Positions 9,240 to 19,434 of a stretch of DNA of 64,000 nucleotides are shown here, one piece after another (position 1 is the stretch's first letter; each line of letters opens with the position of its first letter). The stretch is from an uncultured Clostridia bacterium (GTDB lineage Bacteria > Bacillota > Clostridia > Christensenellales > UBA1242): contig CALWTF010000018.1 of the NCBI GenBank assembly GCA_944384415.1, forward strand, positions 2,605-66,604, in the 5' to 3' direction. Under the pieces are notes generated by a model. It was not told where the DNA came from, did not search any database, and saw only the letters and a program-made list of their open reading frames with translations. The translations under genes and the position numbers were made by a program.

Positions 9240-9566
9240 TTATGAATATTTATTCATATTTAATTTAAGTTTTTCAATTAATTCAAATATCATTTCATTT
9301 TTCAATTTAAAATTTTCACAAAGGTGCAATAAAAAACATATTTGCTGTTTAGTTAAGCATAAATTTTTAAAAGTAAAGTTTTTATCTATTATAATACCAC
9401 CATTTCTACCATTAACAGTAATAATAGGAAAGCCACACGCTGAAAGATAATCAACATAGCGATAAATGGTTCTTTTGCTTATTTCATATTTTTCTGCAAG
9501 GTGGGTTGCTGTTGTTTTTCCTTTTTGCATAAGTTCGAAAGCTATTGCGATGATAGTAAATGTCAT
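9240..9566 (-). CDS. Small HTH transcriptional regulator (YafY/DeoR-type HTH_11 domain only, no WYL domain)
   Basis: 108 aa. TATHLAEKYEISKRTIYRYVDYL is a typical HTH_11 helix-turn-helix. Confidence 0.6.
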   Translation of the reverse strand: MTFTIIAIAFELMQKGKTTATHLAEKYEISKRTIYRYVDYLSACGFPIITVNGRNGGIIIDKNFTFKNLCLTKQQICFLLHLCENFKLKNEMIFELIEKLKLNMNKYS

Positions 9567-9628
9567 TTGTTAATTTGTCCTTTATTTATTAATTTAAGAA
9601 TAATATAACACAATAAATTTAAAAAGTC

Positions 9629-9640
9629 AAACATATGTTC
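9629..9640. promoter_or_regulatory. Near-consensus LexA/Cheo-type box (GAACATATGTTT on the minus strand) upstream of the HTH regulator gene
   Basis: AAACATATGTTC at 9629-9640 differs at one position from the GAAC-N4-GTTC core. It lies ~65 nt upstream of the 9566 start. Confidence 0.3.
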
Positions 9641-9670
9641 TAATTTTTAATAATAAAAACAAGCATAATT

Positions 9671-10735
9671 TTATGCTTGTTTTTTTGTGAAATTGCATAT
9701 ATATTCAAAAATTTTTTGTAATGCATTTTCATTGGAATTTTTAATCATTGCTTCTTTGAATTTTTGTTTATTTTCAATTAAAATGTTTAGTTTATTTTTT
9801 AATAATGTATTTGTTAATTCATCTTCTAAAATTGCTAAACCATAATTATGTTTTTCAAAGTAAAGCGCATTTTGAATTTGGTCACCTCTACTAATTTTTT
9901 TACTTAAAGGAATTATTATCATAGGAATTTTCAAAGCAAAAAGTTCCCATATTGTGTTTGAACCTCCTCGAGTTATTGCAAAATCTGAAATATTGAAAAG
10001 TTCTTCTATTTTATCATAATATTCCATTTGAATGTAATTTTTTGAAGTTATACTTTTGTTTAGTTTATTTTTACCGGTTAAGTGTATAATGAAAAAATTA
10101 TTTGTAAGGTAATTAATGTTTTCCCAAACCATATTATTTATTTTTTCTGAACCCAAACTTCCTCCAATTATTAATAATATTGGAACATTATTTTGAATGT
10201 TTAGTTGTTCTTTAATTTTTGATTTATTGCATATAAAAATATTTTCTTTTACTGGAGACCCAACATAAATACCATTTTTTAATAAAGATGCGGTTTGAGG
10301 GAAGGTTGTTAAAATACAGTTTGCTTTATTTTTAGAAATTCTGTTTGCTAGTCCTAATGAAAAATCACTTTCATGCATAACTATTGGTATTTTATGTTTA
10401 CTTCCAGCCCAAACTACAGGAACACTTACAAACCCTCCTTTACTAAATATTACATTAGGTTTTATTTCTTTTATAAGTTTTTCAGCCTCTTTTATTCCTT
10501 TATGAAGTAAAAATGGGATTTTTAAGTTGCTTAATGTAAATTTTCTTGCAAATTTTACTGTTGTTATTGGATAAAACTCAATTTCTGGATAAGATTGTAT
10601 CATTTGTTTTTCCATTCCATTAAAACTGCCGATGTAAACAATTCTGTTAAAATATGTTTTTAGTTTTGGTAGAAGTGCAATATTAGGCATAATGTGTCCT
10701 GCTGTTCCACCACCTGTTAATATAATAGTGTTCAT
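9671..10735 (-). CDS. murG: Lipid II synthase MurG (undecaprenyl-PP-MurNAc-pentapeptide GlcNAc transferase)
   Basis: N-terminal ILTGGGTAGHIMPNIAL loop, GT28 size (354 aa), and a C-terminal RGGSNTIWE-type nucleotide-sugar region. Confidence 0.9.
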   Translation of the reverse strand: MNTIILTGGGTAGHIMPNIALLPKLKTYFNRIVYIGSFNGMEKQMIQSYPEIEFYPITTVKFARKFTLSNLKIPFLLHKGIKEAEKLIKEIKPNVIFSKGGFVSVPVVWAGSKHKIPIVMHESDFSLGLANRISKNKANCILTTFPQTASLLKNGIYVGSPVKENIFICNKSKIKEQLNIQNNVPILLIIGGSLGSEKINNMVWENINYLTNNFFIIHLTGKNKLNKSITSKNYIQMEYYDKIEELFNISDFAITRGGSNTIWELFALKIPMIIIPLSKKISRGDQIQNALYFEKHNYGLAILEDELTNTLLKNKLNILIENKQKFKEAMIKNSNENALQKIFEYICNFTKKQA

Positions 10736-10882
10736 ATTACTCCTTTAATAGTAAATTATGCCCAATTTTTATAAAATATTTTAAAAAGTTTATTAAAAAA
10801 GGAAATAATCTTTTTGATTTTTGTTGAAATTATGATAGAATAAAGTATATATTAGCAATTTTAAAAAGCGAGGTTTATTAAT

Positions 10883-12841
10883 TTGGCAAAACAAGAGAAG
10901 ACTTATGATTCAAAAGATATTGTTATTTTGGAGGGGTTAGATGCTGTTCGTATGCGCCCTGGAATGTATATTGGAACTACGGGGTTGAAGGGGTTACACC
11001 ACATTCTTTGGGAAATTGTTGATAATAGTATTGATGAAATTTCTAATGGTTTTGGAAACAAAATAACTGTAACTTTATATGAAGATGGTAGTGCTGAAGT
11101 ACAAGATGATGGAAGAGGTATTCCAGTTGATATTCACCCACAAATGGGTGTATCTGGTGTTGAGGTTGTTTTCACTCAATTACATGCAGGTGGAAAATTT
11201 GGTGATAATAACTATAATTATTCTGGTGGTTTACACGGAGTTGGTGCTTCTGTTACTAATGCCTTATCAAGATGGCTTGATGTTACTGTTTGTCGAGATG
11301 GCAAAAAATATGAAATGCGTTTTGAAAGTATAGAAAAGAAAGGTAAAATTAGCAGTGGTGTACCTGTAAAACATTTAAAAATGATTGGAGATACTGATGA
11401 GTTTGGTACAAAAGTTCGATTTTTACCTGATGACCGAGTTTTTGAAGATTGTACTTTTAGTGCTGAAATAATTTCAAAACGATTACGAGAATTGGCTTTT
11501 TTAAATAAAGGTATTGAAATTGTTTTTGTTGATATGACCAAAACTAGAAATGGAAATCCTTTTAAACAAGTATATAAATATTCAGGTGGTTTACGAGATT
11601 TTGTTATATATCTTAATACAAACAAAAATATTGAAAATGTTGAACCAGTTTATATTGAGGGTAAGTCTGATTTAGTTGAGGTTTCGTGTGCTTTTCAATA
11701 CACTGATTCTTATACTGAGAATGTTTTTAGTTATGTTAATAACATACCAACAAGTGAAGGTGGTACGCACGAAACAGGTTTAAAAAGTGCAATTACCAGA
11801 GCTTTTAATGATATGGGGCGTCGTTTTAATATTATCAAAGATAAAGAACAAAATCTTTTAGGTGAAGATTACCGTGAAGGTATGACTTTAGTTTTGGCAA
11901 TAAAAATGAGAAATGTTCAATTTGAAGGACAAACCAAAACAAAGTTAGGAAATCCAGAAATAAAAAATGAAGTTGAAAATATAGTTTACAATCAGTTGGT
12001 AACTTATTTTGAAGATAATTCTAATAAAAACACATTAGAATTGGCTTTAAAAAAAGGAAAAGCAGCAGCAAAAGTTCGTGAAGCTGCAAGAAAAGCAAAA
12101 GAAATAACTCGGCAAAAAAATAGTATTGAAAGTTATAATTTAGTTGGAAAACTTAGTAGTTGTACAGGTAAAACTGCTGAAAATAATGAATTGTTCATAG
12201 TTGAGGGTGACTCGGCTGGTGGAAGTGCAAAGCAAGCAAGGGATAGATATTTTCAAGCTATTTTACCATTACGAGGAAAGCCACTTAATGCTGAGAAAAA
12301 AAGGCTTGCTCAAGTTTTAGCAAATGAAGAGATAAGAACTATAATAAGCGCATTAGGAACTGGAATTGGAGAAGATTTTGATATTACGTCATTAAAATAT
12401 CACAAAGTTATTATTTTATCAGATGCAGACCAAGATGGTGCGCATATCAGAGCAATTTTAATAACATTCTTTTTCAGATATATGAAAGAATTGGTTACTA
12501 ATGGTCATTTATATATTGGTTTACCACCACTGTATAAAGTTCAAAAAAAAGAAAAAGTAGAATATGTTTATAGTGATGCTGAACTACCTGGGGTTTTAGA
12601 AAAATTTGGAAAAGGTTATAGTTTACAGAGATATAAAGGTTTAGGTGAAATGAATCCTGAACAATTATGGCAAACCACTATGAATCCAAAAGAAAGGTCT
12701 TTATTGCGTGTTACGGTTGATGATGCTGCAAATGCAGATTTAATGATAACTACCTTAATGGGTGATAATATTGAGGCTAGAAAACTTTATATAAGTGAAC
12801 ATGCAAACTTTAATAAGGAAGATAGCTTTACTGCAAATTAG
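10883..12841 (+). CDS. parE: Type IIA topoisomerase ATPase subunit, best read as topoisomerase IV subunit B (gyrB not excluded)
   Basis: GHKL N-terminus (LEGLDAVRMRPGMYIG, EIVDNSIDE) and Toprim (EGDSAGGSAKQARDR, SDADQDGAHI). TTG start. The ParE assignment rests on the partner subunit lacking a GyrA box. Confidence 0.85.
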   Translation: MAKQEKTYDSKDIVILEGLDAVRMRPGMYIGTTGLKGLHHILWEIVDNSIDEISNGFGNKITVTLYEDGSAEVQDDGRGIPVDIHPQMGVSGVEVVFTQLHAGGKFGDNNYNYSGGLHGVGASVTNALSRWLDVTVCRDGKKYEMRFESIEKKGKISSGVPVKHLKMIGDTDEFGTKVRFLPDDRVFEDCTFSAEIISKRLRELAFLNKGIEIVFVDMTKTRNGNPFKQVYKYSGGLRDFVIYLNTNKNIENVEPVYIEGKSDLVEVSCAFQYTDSYTENVFSYVNNIPTSEGGTHETGLKSAITRAFNDMGRRFNIIKDKEQNLLGEDYREGMTLVLAIKMRNVQFEGQTKTKLGNPEIKNEVENIVYNQLVTYFEDNSNKNTLELALKKGKAAAKVREAARKAKEITRQKNSIESYNLVGKLSSCTGKTAENNELFIVEGDSAGGSAKQARDRYFQAILPLRGKPLNAEKKRLAQVLANEEIRTIISALGTGIGEDFDITSLKYHKVIILSDADQDGAHIRAILITFFFRYMKELVTNGHLYIGLPPLYKVQKKEKVEYVYSDAELPGVLEKFGKGYSLQRYKGLGEMNPEQLWQTTMNPKERSLLRVTVDDAANADLMITTLMGDNIEARKLYISEHANFNKEDSFTAN

Positions 12842-12852
12842 GATAGGTGCTT

Positions 12853-15303
12853 ATGAAAGAAAATGATGAAGTAATGATTAATGATAATAAAAACAATGAA
12901 AAAGATGAAATTGTTGCTGGTGGAATTATTAGTAAATCTTTAGATGAAGTTTTGCATGATAGTATGATTCCATATAGTGAATATGTAATCTTAGACCGAG
13001 CATTACCTAGAATTGAAGACGGATTAAAACCTGTTCAGCGAAGAATACTTTACACAATGCTTGAATTAGGGTTAGAACCAGATAAACCATATAGGAAATC
13101 TGCTCGTATTGTTGGTGACTGCTTAGGTAAATATCACCCACACGGTGATACTTCTATTTACGATGCTATGGTGCGTATGGCTCAAACACACAATATGCGT
13201 GACATTTTAGTTCAAGGACACGGTAATTTTGGTTCTAACGATGGTGATGGTGCTGCTGCTATGCGTTATACAGAAGCTAAATTGGCACCATTAGCTATGG
13301 AATTATTGCGTGATTTAGAAAAAGATACAGTTAAATGGAGTTTGAATTTTGATGATACATTAAAGGAACCAGAAATGCTACCTGGTCGTTTTCCTAATTT
13401 GCTTGTAAATGGTTCAACTGGTATTGCAGTTGGCTTAGCTACAAACATTCCTCCACACAATCTTGGTGAAGTTATTGATGCTGTTGTTGCTTATATTGAT
13501 GACCCTAAAATAAGTTTAAATAATTTAATGCATTTTATAAAGGGGCCAGATTTTCCAACTGGTGCAAATATGATTTTAAATGAAATTGATAAAGCATATT
13601 CAACTGGTAAGGGAAAAATAACTTTAAGGGCAAAATATCATATTGAAGAATCGAAGGGCGAAAGAAAGAATATTGTTATAACCGAATTTCCATATCAGGT
13701 TAATAAAGCAAAATTATTACAAACAATTGTTGAGTTAAGAGAAGAAAAGAAAGGTGTTCTTTGGGACATTGCAGATGTTAGAGATGAAAGTGATAGGCAA
13801 GGTATTCGAGCAGTAATTTCGGTTAAAAAAGATGGTAATCCAAAAGCAATTATAGATATGCTTTTGAAATCAACAGATTTAGAGTGTTCTTTTGGTATAA
13901 ATATGGTTGTTATTGCTGGTGGAAAACCTAGGACATTAGGTCTTAAAGAAATTATAGCTTATTATGTTAATTATCAAAAAGAAATAATTTTGCGTCGTAG
14001 TAAATATGATTTAGCGGTTGCAAAAGACAGGTTGCATATATTACAAGGCCTATTAATTGCAATAAAAAATATTGATGAAGTTGTTGCAATAATTAAAAAA
14101 GCTAGTTCTCCAGTTGATGCAAAAGTTAAATTGAAAGATAGATTTATGCTTTCAGAAAAACAAGCACAAGCTATTTTAGATATGCGTTTAGCAAGATTAA
14201 CTAATTTGGAAGTAAATAAAATAACAAATGAAATTGCTGAATTGGAATTAAAAATTAAACATTTAACTGCTATTATTAACTCAGTTGCTTTACAACTTCA
14301 AATTGTAAAAGAAGAATTGCTTGAAATTAAAAAGAAGTATCGTACACCAAGAAAAACTCAAATTATAAGTCAAAAAGATACAGAAGTTTTAGAGACAATA
14401 GATTTAGATAAGCCAGAAGAAATTGTTGTTTGTGTAACTGCTCAAGGTTATTTAAAAGCAGTTGCTAAAAAAGATTATTCAAGCGCAAATAAAACCTTTA
14501 AAGAAGGTTCAAAATTGAGTCAGGTTCATACAATAATTTTAAATGCAATGACAGATGAAACTTTATTGGCATTTACTGATAAAGGTTATTGTATAAAACT
14601 TGATGCAAAGTCTATACCAATTTGTAAATATCGTGATAAGGGTATAAATCCAAGGGAGGTATTTGCTGAATTTGGATTAGATGAGCATATAATAGCTATT
14701 GTTCAAGCAAGGTTTGATAAACAAGATTTATTGTTCTTCACTCAACAAGGCTTTGTAAAAAGAACTGCTTTTAAAGATTATGATGTTCAAAAATCATATT
14801 TTCAAGCTGTTAAAATTCGAGATGATGACAAAGTTGTTGCAGTGGTGTTTGATGAAGAAGCTAGTGATATGATATTTGCTACTGAACAAGGTCAAGTTTT
14901 GTTTGCATTTAAAAATGATGTTCCAGCACAAGGTAGAATTAGTGGTGGTGTTAGAGGAATTAATTTATATGAAGGTGATAAAGTTATATATGCTGGAATA
15001 ACAAATGATGAGGGCGAACTTGCAGTTATCACTGAGTTGGGATATATGAAACGAGTTATTATTGCACAAATAGATAAATTACCACGGTATAGAAAAGGTG
15101 TGAGATTATTAACTATGGGTGCAAAAGATAAAGTTAAATTTGTTTATCATTGCACTTTCCCTGAAAATTTTGTTGTGGAAACAGAAAATACTTTATTTAC
15201 TTTTGATAGTGAATCTATTGCTATTGAAAACAGAGCTACAAAAGGAAAACAAATGTTTAAAGAAAAGGGAAAAATTATTTCTGTTTATAATAATAATGTG
15301 TAA
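12853..15303 (+). CDS. parC: Type IIA topoisomerase DNA-cleavage subunit, best read as topoisomerase IV subunit A (gyrA not excluded)
   Basis: [39 protein letters not shown] and the catalytic AMRYTEAKL. Where the C-terminal domain begins the sequence is [15 protein letters not shown], with no Q(R/K)RGG(R/K)G GyrA box. PVQRR rather than PVHRR also fits ParC (from memory). Confidence 0.85.
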   Translation: MKENDEVMINDNKNNEKDEIVAGGIISKSLDEVLHDSMIPYSEYVILDRALPRIEDGLKPVQRRILYTMLELGLEPDKPYRKSARIVGDCLGKYHPHGDTSIYDAMVRMAQTHNMRDILVQGHGNFGSNDGDGAAAMRYTEAKLAPLAMELLRDLEKDTVKWSLNFDDTLKEPEMLPGRFPNLLVNGSTGIAVGLATNIPPHNLGEVIDAVVAYIDDPKISLNNLMHFIKGPDFPTGANMILNEIDKAYSTGKGKITLRAKYHIEESKGERKNIVITEFPYQVNKAKLLQTIVELREEKKGVLWDIADVRDESDRQGIRAVISVKKDGNPKAIIDMLLKSTDLECSFGINMVVIAGGKPRTLGLKEIIAYYVNYQKEIILRRSKYDLAVAKDRLHILQGLLIAIKNIDEVVAIIKKASSPVDAKVKLKDRFMLSEKQAQAILDMRLARLTNLEVNKITNEIAELELKIKHLTAIINSVALQLQIVKEELLEIKKKYRTPRKTQIISQKDTEVLETIDLDKPEEIVVCVTAQGYLKAVAKKDYSSANKTFKEGSKLSQVHTIILNAMTDETLLAFTDKGYCIKLDAKSIPICKYRDKGINPREVFAEFGLDEHIIAIVQARFDKQDLLFFTQQGFVKRTAFKDYDVQKSYFQAVKIRDDDKVVAVVFDEEASDMIFATEQGQVLFAFKNDVPAQGRISGGVRGINLYEGDKVIYAGITNDEGELAVITELGYMKRVIIAQIDKLPRYRKGVRLLTMGAKDKVKFVYHCTFPENFVVETENTLFTFDSESIAIENRATKGKQMFKEKGKIISVYNNNV

Positions 15304-15311
15304 ATTTGTTT

Positions 15312-15340
15312 AAAAAGAAGTTAAGAATAACTTCTTTTTT
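15312..15340 (+). terminator. Rho-independent terminator after parC
   Basis: GAAGTTA-agaa-TAACTTC stem, flanked by an A-run and a T-run. Confidence 0.75.
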
Positions 15341-15503
15341 ATTTTTAATATGTTCTAAAAACTGGCATTATTTCATAAAAATAAATAGGAGGCATAGTTT
15401 TCGACAAGAAACGATTTTTATTTAATTTTTATTCCAAAATATGTCGTTAATTTGCAACTATAATTTAAAAAAAATAAATTACAATTGGAGAGTAGTCCAA
15501 AAT

Positions 15504-16268
15504 ATGAAATTTTTAATATTAAAAAAAACTACACTTGCATTTTGTTGCGTGATTATAATTGCTTGTATTTTATTGGCTGTTCCAATGGGTGAAAATGTGG
15601 CAGCATCTGTATTTTTTGGCGATGATTTAAGGAAAGTACCTGTTTATTCTGTTCAAACTGAAGAAAAAACTGTAGCAATTTCTTTTGATGCTGCTTGGGG
15701 TGCAGATAAAACAGAAGGTATTATGGACATTTTAAAACAGTATAATGTAAATGCTACATTTTTTTTGGTTGGATTTTGGGTGGAAAAATATCCAGATATA
15801 GTTAAAAAAATTTATGATAATGGTTTCGAAATAGGTAATCATAGTAATACGCACCCAGATTTTACAAAGTTAAGCAAAGAACAGATAGAATTAGAACTTA
15901 CTACATGTAATGAATTAATAAAAAAAGTTGTAGATACTGATGTAAAATTGTTTAGGTCACCATTTGGTGCATACAATAATACAAGTTTAGAAGTTGCCAA
16001 CAATTTGGGGCTTTTACCAATACAATGGGATGTTGATTCACTTGATTGGAAAGGTATAAGTGCAAAAGAAATATCAAGTCGTGTTTTGTCGAAAGTTAAA
16101 AATGGCTCAATTATTTTATGCCATAATAATTCAGACCACATACTTGATGCGTTACCAATAATTTTGGATAGATTAATAATGCAAGGTTATAAAGTTACCA
16201 GCGTTGGGCAATTGGTAGCATTTGATAACTATGAAATTAATCGTGCCGGTGTGCAGATAAAAAAGTAA
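15504..16268 (+). CDS. Polysaccharide (peptidoglycan/chitooligosaccharide) deacetylase, NodB domain, N-terminally anchored
   Basis: NodB motifs SFDAAWG and GNHSNTHP. An N-terminal hydrophobic anchor is present. Start set at ATG 15504 behind GGAGAG. Confidence 0.85.
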   Translation: MKFLILKKTTLAFCCVIIIACILLAVPMGENVAASVFFGDDLRKVPVYSVQTEEKTVAISFDAAWGADKTEGIMDILKQYNVNATFFLVGFWVEKYPDIVKKIYDNGFEIGNHSNTHPDFTKLSKEQIELELTTCNELIKKVVDTDVKLFRSPFGAYNNTSLEVANNLGLLPIQWDVDSLDWKGISAKEISSRVLSKVKNGSIILCHNNSDHILDALPIILDRLIMQGYKVTSVGQLVAFDNYEINRAGVQIKK

Positions 16269-16287
16269 AATAAACAGGAGAGTAAAA

Positions 16288-16983
16288 ATGAATTTTGAAT
16301 TGTCTTTAAATAATAAGGTATATTTATGTGGCGAAGTGGTATGTGAGCCAGTTTTTAGCCATGAAATTTATGGAGAAGGTTTTTACGATATAAATTTAAA
16401 AGTGCAAAGATTATCTGAACAATCTGATATAATACCTATTACAATTTCTGAAAGATTGTTTGCTGAAAAAAATTTAACTGTAGGTTCTACAATAGCTGTT
16501 TTGGGACAGTTTAGAAGTTACAATAAAATTGTAAATGGAAAAAGTAAATTAATTTTAACAGTTTTTGTTCGTGAAATTTGTGAGCCAATAAAAAACTTAA
16601 ATTCTAATATAATTGAATTAACAGGTTATGTGTGTAAAGAACCAGTGTTCAGAACCACTCCATTTAAGCGTGAAATTTGTGATATGTTAGTTGCAGTAAA
16701 TCGTGCATATAATAAATCAGATTATCTTCCTTGTATAGCTTGGGGGCGGAATGCTCGTTTTGTAAGTGAGTTAAGTATTGGAGAAAAAGTTTATCTTACA
16801 GGAAGAATTCAAAGTAGACAATATCAAAAAAAAGTTGAAAATAATGAAATAGAAATCAGAACAGCTTTTGAAGTTTCTATTAATAAAATTTCGACCGAAA
16901 ATAATATTGAAAAGATATTAGATTTACCAATTGATAAATTAGATGTTGAAATGCCAGTTAATCATAATTATAGCGTTTTTTAA
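16288..16983 (+). CDS. SSB-like protein made of two tandem OB-fold halves
   Basis: Internal duplication is visible: VYLCGEVVCEPVFSHE...GSTIAVLGQFRSY versus IELTGYVCKEPVFRTT...GEKVYLTGRIQSRQY. There is no acidic SSB C-terminal tip. Confidence 0.5.
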   Translation: MNFELSLNNKVYLCGEVVCEPVFSHEIYGEGFYDINLKVQRLSEQSDIIPITISERLFAEKNLTVGSTIAVLGQFRSYNKIVNGKSKLILTVFVREICEPIKNLNSNIIELTGYVCKEPVFRTTPFKREICDMLVAVNRAYNKSDYLPCIAWGRNARFVSELSIGEKVYLTGRIQSRQYQKKVENNEIEIRTAFEVSINKISTENNIEKILDLPIDKLDVEMPVNHNYSVF

Positions 16984-17083
16984 TTAAAAAGTTCAGGTGA
17001 AATTTGCTTGGACTTTTTTATTTTTTATTGCGATTGTTAAATTTTAATGTTATAATACCTAAAAAATAAAAGAAGAAAAGATT

Positions 17084-19405
17084 ATGGAAGTTGAGTTGTT
17101 AGCACCTGCTGGAGATATGCAATCATTTAAGGCGGCAATATTTAATGGTGCTGATGCAGTATATTTAGGATTAAAAGATTTTAATGCACGGGCAAAAGCT
17201 GAAAATTTTACAACGGATAATATTGCTGAAGTGGTACAAATGGCACATTTATTTAATTGTAAAGTTTTTGTAACTGTTAATACACTAGTTAAAAATTGTG
17301 AAATCGAACAGTTTTTAAATATGGTAAAAAGTGCAGTATTAGCAAAAGTTGACGCTTTCTTAGTGCAGGATTTTGGTGTTGCAAAAATTTTAAAAAGTTG
17401 TTTTCCTAATATTTGTTTGCATTCAAGCACTCAAATGGGAATTCATAATTTGCAAGGTGCAAAGATGGCTGAAAAGCTTGGTTTTAGTCGTGTGGTGCTT
17501 TCTAGAGAAACAAAACTTGAAGATATTATTGATATTAAAAAGAATACAAATCTTGAAATTGAATATTTTGTTCAAGGTGCTCTTTGTGTTGCTTTTAGTG
17601 GCAATTGTTATTTTAGTGCTTTATGTTCAGGTGAAAGCGGAAACAGGGGAAGGTGTAAACAATATTGCCGTATGGTTTATAATTCACAGTTTAAAAACGA
17701 AATATTAAAGCAAGGCTATTTGTTATCTCCAGCTGATTTGTGTTTAATTAAAAATTTAAAATTATTGATAGATGCAGGTGTTAAAAGTTTTAAAATTGAA
17801 GGAAGATTGCGAAGAACAGGTTATGTTGCTCAGGCTGTAAAATCATACAGAAAAGCTATTGATTATATTTATAAAAATAAAGAATTAGATTTTGAAAATG
17901 AAATTTATAAATTAAAAAAAGTTTTTAATCGTGGTAATTTTAATTTTGAATCATACTTGAAAAATGGTGTACCTAATAATATAATTTATACATCTGTTCA
18001 AAATCATTTAGGAATACCTATAGGTACTGTTGAAGATGTGAAACCATTTAAGAATTTGTATAAAGTAATTATAAAAACAACACATCAAATTAATAATGGT
18101 GATGGGTTGAAATTTTTTGAAAACAATTTAGAGCAACTAAGCATTGGTGTGGGTAATGTTGATAAAATAAAAAATGATTTATATTGTGTGTATACAAAAC
18201 ATCAAATAAAACCTGGTTGGGTGGTTAATTTAATTTTAGATTTCAAAACAGAAGAAAACTTGATAAATATCAAAAAAGAAATTGGTTGCAATGTGAAGGT
18301 TTATGCAAAACAAAACAATGCTTTAAAAGTTGTAATACAAAGCGCTAATGTTACAATTGAAAAACAAAGTGAATTTATTTGTCAAAAAGCAAAAAATTGC
18401 GTTACTTCGCAAGATGAAATAATAACTCAGTTTAGAAAAACAGGGGATACATATTTTAATATTGAAACTTGTATTGTTGATACTGATGGTGTGTTTATTC
18501 CAAAATCTGTTTTAAATGAATTAAGAAGAAATGCTTTAGAACTTCTAAAGCAAAATATAATTAAAAATAATACAAGTTCAATAGCTACTTGTAATGATTT
18601 AATGATTGATACAATTACAAAAAAACAACCACAAAAAATGAAAAATAAATATAAAAATGTATATATTTTTGATAATTTTGAAATTTTTAATAAAAATATA
18701 ACTGTTCAAAATTCTGATTTGTTTGTATTTGCTCCATCTGAATTTAACAAAGATTTGGCTTTAAAAATAAAATCATTTCATAATAAAAACTTAAAAATAA
18801 ATTTAGGAATTTTATTACCTATAATTGCTAACCATAAAGATATTTTAATTATTGAAAAAATTATAAATTCAAACAAACATTTGGTATTAGTGGCTAACAA
18901 TATTTATGGTTTGTATTATTTAGAAAAAGGGTTTGATGTTTTTGTTGGAACTGGGTTAAATATGTTCAACAATTTTTCTGAAAGTTTTTTTGCTGAATTG
19001 GGTTGTTGTGGTGGAGTTGTTTCTGTTGAGCAATCAGTTAATGATTTTAATGTAAATGAAAACACAGTTTATTCTTTTGGTGATTTTGCATTAATGACAT
19101 TTTGCCATTGTCCTTTTAAAACTGTTTATAATAATACTTGTAGTAATTGTAGTTATAAAGAAAATTTGACTTATGTTGATAAAAATGCTAAATATAAAAT
19201 TCGTCGATATAAAATTTCTCAATGCTATTTTGAATTATTAAATAGCAACACTATTAACAACTTAGGTAAACATAATTATAATAAATATTTAGATTTAAGA
19301 AATTTTGACAATGAACAATTTAATATAATTGAATGCTCTAAAATAAATAAAGAGTTTAAATTAAACAATTCGGTGTTAGGTTGTATTTTTAACTCGGTAA
19401 AATAA
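17084..19405 (+). CDS. U32-family protein (peptidase U32 / Fe-S hydroxylase-type), long 773-aa form
   Basis: ELLAPAGD N-terminus and exact Fe-S motif C-x6-C-x15-C-x3-C (CVAFSGNCYFSALCSGESGNRGRCKQYC). The long C-terminal extension carries a further Cys cluster, FCHCPFKTVYNNTCSNCSY. Confidence 0.8.
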   Translation: MEVELLAPAGDMQSFKAAIFNGADAVYLGLKDFNARAKAENFTTDNIAEVVQMAHLFNCKVFVTVNTLVKNCEIEQFLNMVKSAVLAKVDAFLVQDFGVAKILKSCFPNICLHSSTQMGIHNLQGAKMAEKLGFSRVVLSRETKLEDIIDIKKNTNLEIEYFVQGALCVAFSGNCYFSALCSGESGNRGRCKQYCRMVYNSQFKNEILKQGYLLSPADLCLIKNLKLLIDAGVKSFKIEGRLRRTGYVAQAVKSYRKAIDYIYKNKELDFENEIYKLKKVFNRGNFNFESYLKNGVPNNIIYTSVQNHLGIPIGTVEDVKPFKNLYKVIIKTTHQINNGDGLKFFENNLEQLSIGVGNVDKIKNDLYCVYTKHQIKPGWVVNLILDFKTEENLINIKKEIGCNVKVYAKQNNALKVVIQSANVTIEKQSEFICQKAKNCVTSQDEIITQFRKTGDTYFNIETCIVDTDGVFIPKSVLNELRRNALELLKQNIIKNNTSSIATCNDLMIDTITKKQPQKMKNKYKNVYIFDNFEIFNKNITVQNSDLFVFAPSEFNKDLALKIKSFHNKNLKINLGILLPIIANHKDILIIEKIINSNKHLVLVANNIYGLYYLEKGFDVFVGTGLNMFNNFSESFFAELGCCGGVVSVEQSVNDFNVNENTVYSFGDFALMTFCHCPFKTVYNNTCSNCSYKENLTYVDKNAKYKIRRYKISQCYFELLNSNTINNLGKHNYNKYLDLRNFDNEQFNIIECSKINKEFKLNNSVLGCIFNSVK

Positions 19406-19406
19406 A

Positions 19407-19433
19407 ATAAGTTTTAGCTTATCTAAAACTTAT
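19407..19433. terminator. Bidirectional hairpin terminator between convergent genes
   Basis: Perfect 11-bp stem ATAAGTTTTAG-cttat-CTAAAACTTAT, with A/T runs on both sides. Confidence 0.7.
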
Positions 19434-19434
19434 T

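Noticed and set aside
10883-15303. Calling the topoisomerase pair gyrB-gyrA.
   Set aside because: The A subunit lacks a recognisable GyrA box (QRRGGKG-type) at the start of its C-terminal domain and has PVQRR rather than PVHRR. The locus is not next to dnaA/dnaN/recF. ParE-ParC is therefore preferred, but only a phylogeny or the presence of a second pair in the genome can settle it.
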